From Candidatus Bathyarchaeota archaeon (GTDB taxonomy: Archaea > Thermoproteota > Bathyarchaeia > Hecatellales > Hecatellaceae): 12,313 bases of DNA. Under the pieces are notes generated by a model. That model had not been told where the DNA came from and made no database searches. It saw only the letters and a list, made by a program, of their open reading frames with translations. The DNA lies in contig JBQPWD010000010.1 of assembly GCA_052246995.1 (NCBI GenBank), positions 1 to 12,313 of the forward strand. The letters run 5' to 3'. The position numbers were made by a program, and so were the translations under genes. Positions 7,777 to 12,313 of the stretch are shown here, one piece after another (position 1 is the first letter of the stretch; each line of letters opens with the position of its first letter).

Positions 7777-8778
7777 TTGACAGAAGCAGAATTAAAAAGC
7801 GAACGTTTAAAAGTTTATAGAGAAAATGATGTTCAAATATTGCTTTCAAAGTTTATTAGTAGGGATATAACTGAGCTACGTCCAACATTCGACCCTGTTT
7901 ATGGTTACCGTTATCTTGTTGTTGAAAATCTTGCAAGAAAAAACCCTGAAGAGGTTAAAGAGCTTGTTAATAAACTTCGTAAACTTAACATTTTGAAGGG
8001 TAAGCTTTACGATAAGTTTCTTATCTGCCCCTCATGTGGTTCACGTTATGTTTCAACATCATACCTTTGCCCACATTGTCAATCCATAAACATTGAAAGA
8101 CAAGTTTTGATTGAACATCTTAAATGTGGAAATTTTAACCTTGAAAGTTACTTTGGAAGGGCGGGGGATAAACTTGTTTGTCCAAAGTGTGGTCTTAAAC
8201 TTGAAAAAATTAATGTAGATTACCGTATAGTTGGAGTTTGGTTTGTGTGTGGTGATTGTGGAAGAAGGTTTGCTACGACAAATCCAACTCACCGTTGCTA
8301 TAGTTGTGGTGCGTTGTTTAACGTTGATGGGGCAAAGTTTGAGAACATTTACATTTTTACTTTGGATGAAAGAGTTGCGGAGGAGATTAAGGGTGGAATG
8401 CTGATTTTATCCTCGATAGGAGGTTTTCTTGAAAAGTTAGGTTTTAAAATTGAATCTCCAGGTTTCTTAAGGGGAGAATCTGGTGTTTCTCATAAGTTTG
8501 ATGTTGTTGCAAGAAAAGACAACATTAGTGTTCCGCTTGTTTTAGATATCGTGGTTTCGGAAAGCTCGGTTACAGAGTTTCCGCTTTTAGGTTTATATGC
8601 AAAGGTGTTGGATGTTAGTAAAGCTTTACCGTTTCTGGTGGTTGTTCCTGCAATAAGTGAGGAGGGAAGAAAGCTTGCCTCCACATATAAAATAAACCTT
8701 ATTGAAGCTAAAGACCCTCAGGAAATAGTTGAGAAGCTTAATGCTAAAGTTTCTAAGGAGTTTAAAAAGTTGTCTTAA
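7777..8778 (+). CDS. TackOD1 (thaumarchaeal output domain 1) multi-zinc-finger protein fused to a C-terminal Mrr/PD-(D/E)xK-like domain
   Basis: Five CxxC (CPSC, CPHC, CPKC, CGDC, CYSC) plus one HxxC (HLKC) after a wHTH-like N-terminus match the TackOD1 signature. The C-terminal GF.IE....L.GESGVSHKFDVVA...A.TY.I.LIE is typical of archaeal Mrr-like REase-fold domains. Confidence 0.8.
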   Translation: MTEAELKSERLKVYRENDVQILLSKFISRDITELRPTFDPVYGYRYLVVENLARKNPEEVKELVNKLRKLNILKGKLYDKFLICPSCGSRYVSTSYLCPHCQSINIERQVLIEHLKCGNFNLESYFGRAGDKLVCPKCGLKLEKINVDYRIVGVWFVCGDCGRRFATTNPTHRCYSCGALFNVDGAKFENIYIFTLDERVAEEIKGGMLILSSIGGFLEKLGFKIESPGFLRGESGVSHKFDVVARKDNISVPLVLDIVVSESSVTEFPLLGLYAKVLDVSKALPFLVVVPAISEEGRKLASTYKINLIEAKDPQEIVEKLNAKVSKEFKKLS

Positions 8779-8800
8779 ATTGCGGTTTTAAAGTTAGGGG

Positions 8801-10519
8801 TTGTTTATTGCTTTGACTTCACCCATTTATGTGGAGGAGCATGTAGGTAGAGTTTTCGGCGAAGTTAAGGTTGACGAGTTTAGCTTTTTTATGGTTCCAT
8901 TAAAAAACATCTTACTTAAAAATTTTGATATTGTTGTTTTGGAGGATCCTGTTTTTAAAGGTTTATCTCCTATTCTTGCAAGAATTGTTGACCTTTCAAA
9001 TCGTGAGGAAGTTACAACTTCAGAAAAGGCTACACGTACAATTGCAAAATGTAGGGTTATAGGTAGGGTTGATTTAAGGTTTCCTGAAGAGGCAGTTCCA
9101 GTAGAAAAGTTAAATTATCCTGTGGAGCCTGGAAGCTATGTTTACCTTGTTAAACATGATTTTATTCAGAATCTTTTAGAAAGAGGTTTTAAAGGTTACC
9201 CTATTAAAAGAAAAATTTTTCTAGGTTTTCTTTCTTCACCTTTAACAGGTGAGGATGGTTCTTTACATAAGCTTAAATTTTATCTTAGTCTTGAAGATTT
9301 ATCAAGGCAGCATACAGCGTTAATATCTATGACTGGTTTCGGTAAAACCCATGTTGCAACCATCCTTGTTGAGGAGCTTGCTGGAAAACATGGTTATCCT
9401 GTTTTTATTGTTGATGTTTACAACGAGTTTCTTGGTGTTAATAAGCTTAAACGGTTAAACTTGTTTGAAAGCTTATCTACGGATATTCTTAAAGATTACA
9501 AGTTTAATTTTAAGGTTAAAGTTTACACTTTAAACCCTAAAAATACTTTAGAACTTTTAAGCAAGGCTGGTATTCCAAACTATGAAGTTGAAGGTTTAAC
9601 TGTTCCTAGTAATTTGCTTGTTGACGGGAATGAGGTTGCACACCTTCTAGCTGAAGATGTTGAAGAATTTAGCATAATAGTAAATATAGCAAACCATATA
9701 AACTCTGTCCATACAGATTTTGTTAAAAATTGTAAAGCTTCATTCTTTAGTCTGGTTGTGGCTGAGCTTGCACGTATAGTTGAAAGCGCCGACTCCATAG
9801 ATGTTTATACTGGAATTGAGAGGAGGGCTGCTGCAAATCTGCTTGGAAAAGCGTGTATAGCGTGTAACAACCTTATTTTGTTAAGTAGGGAGGATGAGGA
9901 TTTCCTTAAAAATTACAGGATTACTGTTGATGATGAGTTTGAAAGGGGTATAGGTAGCGGGTATCTTTTAAGAATCGGGTTTTTCCATGAAAAGCTTAAG
10001 CCTCCCGCTGGAAACTTTAAACCTGAGCTTATGGTTAAAGAAAATCAGGTTACAATTTTTGATGTTTCAGGTTTAACTGAAAATCTTAAAACACGCATAG
10101 TTTCATTCTGCCTTTACAAGCTTTATAAGGCTAGAGTTAAAAGTGAAATTCCAAGTTTTCTGTTGATTGTTGAGGATGCTGAAACGTTTACATCAAAGTT
10201 TAATGTTAAACCTTCAAACCTAATCCTTAAAAGAATTGCTGTTGATGGTGTAAAGCTTGGGTTAACACTTCTCCTTTTAATTCAGTATCCCTCAGCAGTA
10301 GATGAAAAGGTAATGTCGCAGGTTGGCATAAGAATTGTTGGAAAACTCTTAGATAAGGAAGATTTAGAATATCTCAAACACCAATTTAAAGAGGAAACAT
10401 CTGAAATACCTAAACTTAGAAAAGGTGAATGGTTGATTGAGGGGTTACAAGACTACTTGTTTGAGCAGCCTGTAAAGGTAACAGTAAGAGAAACATTAAC
10501 AGAAAAACTAAAACCATGA
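8801..10519 (+). CDS. HerA/FtsK-superfamily (DUF87) ATPase with N-terminal HAS-barrel and degenerate catalytic motifs
   Basis: HAS-barrel-like N-terminus (VGRVFG...ILARI...AKCRVIG...PVEPGSYVY), RQHTALISMTGFGKT Walker A (SMTGFGKT at 9326-9349), IVDVYNEF (canonically D.HGEY), LIVEDAE Walker B, RIAVDGVKLG, QYPSAVD..VMSQ and LRKGEWLI. Confidence 0.85.
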   Translation: MFIALTSPIYVEEHVGRVFGEVKVDEFSFFMVPLKNILLKNFDIVVLEDPVFKGLSPILARIVDLSNREEVTTSEKATRTIAKCRVIGRVDLRFPEEAVPVEKLNYPVEPGSYVYLVKHDFIQNLLERGFKGYPIKRKIFLGFLSSPLTGEDGSLHKLKFYLSLEDLSRQHTALISMTGFGKTHVATILVEELAGKHGYPVFIVDVYNEFLGVNKLKRLNLFESLSTDILKDYKFNFKVKVYTLNPKNTLELLSKAGIPNYEVEGLTVPSNLLVDGNEVAHLLAEDVEEFSIIVNIANHINSVHTDFVKNCKASFFSLVVAELARIVESADSIDVYTGIERRAAANLLGKACIACNNLILLSREDEDFLKNYRITVDDEFERGIGSGYLLRIGFFHEKLKPPAGNFKPELMVKENQVTIFDVSGLTENLKTRIVSFCLYKLYKARVKSEIPSFLLIVEDAETFTSKFNVKPSNLILKRIAVDGVKLGLTLLLLIQYPSAVDEKVMSQVGIRIVGKLLDKEDLEYLKHQFKEETSEIPKLRKGEWLIEGLQDYLFEQPVKVTVRETLTEKLKP

Positions 10520-10683
10520 AGTTTTCTACTGAAAAATAAAAATTTAAAGTTTAACTAGTATTTTAACCTTTTAACCTCTTCAACATATTTTGACTTATCC
10601 CCCCAGCTTAGGAGAGTGTTTGGGCAATTTTACATTCTACCCTCATTTTTCCACACAAATTTTTCGGTAATTTTTAGGGTTAT

Positions 10684-10946
10684 CTAGTTATGACACGTGT
10701 TTTTACTGGGATAATATGTGCCACCAACACTTATATTGATGAGGCTTTCAAGCAATAGCTTCCTCTTCTCTGGATCTAGGTATAATATCGACCTAGAAAG
10801 CTCCAATAAGTTGAAAGCTTGTTCCCATACTTCTCCGAGATACTCAGCAATTGTTCGTCCGCAAGTATATTTGCAAGACGCTTTACAACTCCGTCCTCGT
10901 TAAAGTAGTTATATTTATCATCGTAGCCACTTGAGCTTGAACTCAT
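10684..10946 (-). pseudogene. Frameshifted remnant of an unidentified gene
   Basis: A 56-aa frame at 10946-10776 (MSSSSSGYDDKYNYFNEDGVVKRLANILA...) overlaps another stop-free frame reading GRTIAEYLGEVWEQAFNLLELSRSILYLDPEKRKLLLESLINISVGG... to TAG at 10684. Together they read like one helical protein broken near 10860. Confidence 0.35.
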
Positions 10947-11179
10947 GCGTAAGTCTCCTCAGCTTCCATTTCTGTTAGACCAGTCTCCTTTATTAGCCTC
11001 TCTTTCACCTGTTGTTTTTCAACCTTCCATAAATCATTTAACCTCTTTAGAAAAAGCAAAACAAGAATAAACTTATAATCCACCGCTGTTCTTATTAAAT
11101 CAGCAGCTCTGTCAACAAGAGAATTCAATTCCTCACGAGTAACCTTCTTTGGAAACAATGACCTTTGAGCCATCTTCAT
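10943..11179 (-). pseudogene. hsdM: Truncated type I restriction-modification methyltransferase (HsdM N-terminal fragment); start probably the ATG at 11173
   Basis: LVDRAADLIRTAVDYKFILVLLFLKRLND matches the HsdM_N motif (AAD.LR....Y..IL.LLFLKR..D). It stops after fewer than 80 codons, and no MTase motifs (DP.CG.G, NPPF/W) occur downstream in any frame. GAGG precedes the second ATG at SD spacing. Confidence 0.8.
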
Positions 11180-11380
11180 CCTCTAAGCTATTTTTTATTT
11201 AACTTAATTAAAGGATATAGAAATTTAGTTTAACAAATTGTTAAGGCCTCTTAAGCAAGCGTTTTTACCCAACTTCACATCTTCTCAAACTTTGTTAATT
11301 CATAGCTGTGAAAAGAGCGCCAAATTATTGAGGCTTCTTTAGCCTTTTAATTTCCTTTTATTGGATTTTTGTTTTGTAAC

Positions 11381-11461
11381 TTACGACATATAGTTACGAG
11401 TTACGAGCTGAGTTTTACGACATGTTACGACCTCGTAAATCTCGTATTTACGACTCGTAAA
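11381..11461. repeat. Array of TTACGA/TCGTAA hexamers in direct and inverted orientation
   Basis: TTACGA at 11381, 11394, 11401, 11415, 11425 and 11448. TCGTAA at 11433 and 11455, TCGTAT at 11442. These form TTACGA-CC-TCGTAA and TTTACGA-C-TCGTAAA inverted pairs. Confidence 0.9.
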
Positions 11462-11478
11462 ATTTTACAAGCCGAGTT

Positions 11479-11609
11479 TTACCATGGTATTTACCATGGT
11501 AAATTAAAAGTATCAAGAAATGATGCAGGTAGGTCGGGGTTTTTAGGCTTAGTGGTAAAAATTTTATGGTAAATTACCATGGTAAAAATTCATGGTAAAA
11601 ATGGTAAAA
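11479..11609. repeat. Array of TTACCATGGTAA palindromes and TGGTAAA half-sites
   Basis: TTACCATGGTAT (11479-11490), a perfect 16-bp ATTTACCATGGTAAAT (11489-11504), TTACCATGGTAA (11574-11585), and half-sites TGGTAAA at 11553, 11567, 11593 and 11602. Confidence 0.9.
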
Positions 11610-11659
11610 CTTAAAAACTTAAAACCTTGGTGTGTAAGAATACATGTGGGTAATGTAAA

Positions 11660-11995
11660 GTGAAGGAGGAAGAGGTAAAAGAAATAGTGGAAAAGTTGAA
11701 GGCTGAGGGGAAAAGCAGGGATGACATAATCAGGGAGCTTGTCAACAGAAAGGTGAGGGTGGAAGTCATCTGTAAGCTACTCAAGTGTAGCGGTAAGGAA
11801 GTGGGGCGTATCGCAAGGGAGATAAGAGAGACAGAGGTCCTGGAGGAGGTTCCGAAAAGCGACGTAGAGCTAGGCTTAGCTTTGAGGAAGGCTAAGCCTC
11901 TTGTGGAAAAGGATATTGAGCGCTTAAGGGATGAACTTGGAGACAATTTCTGGTGGATTCCGAGGGGTGGAACAAACCCAAGGGGTTTGGCTTAA
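11660..11995 (+). CDS. Small protein with a probable N-terminal helix-turn-helix; possibly the 5' part of a frameshifted gene of about 166 aa
   Basis: SRDDIIRELVNRKVRVEVICKLLKCSGKEVGRIARE fits an HTH pattern. The sequence is purine-rich, coding-like and much higher in GC than the upstream genes. Confidence 0.6.
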   Translation: MKEEEVKEIVEKLKAEGKSRDDIIRELVNRKVRVEVICKLLKCSGKEVGRIAREIRETEVLEEVPKSDVELGLALRKAKPLVEKDIERLRDELGDNFWWIPRGGTNPRGLA

Positions 11996-12159
11996 CAGGT
12001 ATGGCAGTCAAGGAGCTTTTAAAAGCAGCGAAGGAGAAGGAAAACAATGTGGTCGTGAAGTACACTCCCATAGATGTTGAGATGGTTGCGGCGGAGTATT
12101 GGGAGAGATGGTGCCGCCTGGTGAAGGAGCTGACGCTCAAGCCCTATAAGCCTAAATAA
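11953..12159 (+). CDS. Hypothetical protein: either the -1-frame continuation of 11660..11995 or a separate 52-aa gene from the ATG at 12001
   Basis: The frame is open from 11935 and has the same codon style as the upstream ORF. The ATG at 12001 lies 5 nt after the upstream TAA. Confidence 0.45.
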   Translation: MDSEGWNKPKGFGLTGMAVKELLKAAKEKENNVVVKYTPIDVEMVAAEYWERWCRLVKELTLKPYKPK

Positions 12160-12202
12160 AATCGGTGATCTTTCTCGCGGCAAGGACCTCTCTAACCGTT
12201 GT

Positions 12203-12230
12203 CGGATAGTTAACATTTTATAACTATCCG
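12203..12230. repeat. 28-bp inverted repeat CGGATAGTTA-ACATTTTA-TAACTATCCG (operator, hairpin or recombinase site)
   Basis: Perfect 10-bp arms at 12203-12212 and 12221-12230 with an 8-bp spacer. Confidence 0.85.
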
Positions 12231-12313
12231 TTCCACCTTGGCTATGGCCTCATGGATGGCTTTCGGGGGCAACGGTAAAGCACCCCACATTGGAAGTTTC
12301 ATGGCTATATTCC

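Noticed and set aside
393-9798. Short shadow ORFs (393-623, 1957-2214, 4146-4406, 4240-4431, 8059-8292, 8490-8684, 9580-9798)
   Set aside because: All are antisense or out-of-frame within well-supported longer genes and have no recognisable motifs.
8801-10519. Canonical herA of the HerA-NurA repair operon, or a Sir2-HerA-type defence system
   Set aside because: No nurA, mre11, rad50 or sirtuin gene is adjacent and key catalytic residues are substituted, so no gene symbol was given.
11230-11244. TTAACAA-A-TTGTTAA inverted repeat upstream of hsdM
   Set aside because: Short and almost entirely A/T in an AT-rich intergenic region, so it is compatible with chance and has no supporting evidence.
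11369-11572. 67-aa + strand ORF
   Set aside because: It lies entirely over the repeat array, has a TTG start and repeat-derived sequence (SYEL/CYDL/YHG), so it is probably spurious.
11381-11609. Repeat array as a CRISPR locus
   Set aside because: Units are 6-16 bp, irregularly spaced and in both orientations, with no 25-45-bp repeats separated by unique spacers and no cas genes.
10718-12216. ORFs 10718-10903 (+), 11611-11946 (-), 11892-12140 (-) and 12019-12216 (-)
   Set aside because: They are mostly Ser/Leu/Phe-rich antisense mirrors of purine-rich coding sequence on the opposite strand, with no recognisable motifs.
10520-12313. tRNA, rRNA or IS element at the island boundary
   Set aside because: No cloverleaf or TpsiC motif, transposase ORF or paired terminal inverted repeats were recognised.

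Overview
This is an AT-rich archaeal window, probably from a TACK lineage such as Bathyarchaeia (inferred from TackOD1, the KaiC-like COG0467 gene and archaeal-type promoters). Positions 389-10519 form a compact cluster that looks like a signalling or cell-surface locus. It encodes a SerB-like HAD phosphatase (-), a degenerate KaiC/RecA-like + wHTH + V4R fusion (+), a divergent class I isoprenoid synthase-fold protein (-), a single-domain KaiC-like ATPase (+), a 933-aa membrane-anchored Ig/DUF11-repeat surface protein (+), a TackOD1 zinc-finger + degenerate PD-(D/E)xK protein (+) and a HerA-like ATPase with altered catalytic motifs (+). The main hypothesis is an undescribed isoprenoid-signal / V4R / KaiC signalling module. 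After about 10600 the sequence looks decayed or mobile. It contains a truncated type I RM hsdM joined to an unrelated frameshifted remnant, a dense TTAC[G/C]A repeat and palindrome array, a GC-richer HTH gene probably split by a 1-nt frameshift, and a 28-bp dif-like inverted repeat. All family calls come from motif recognition by eye; no searches were run.
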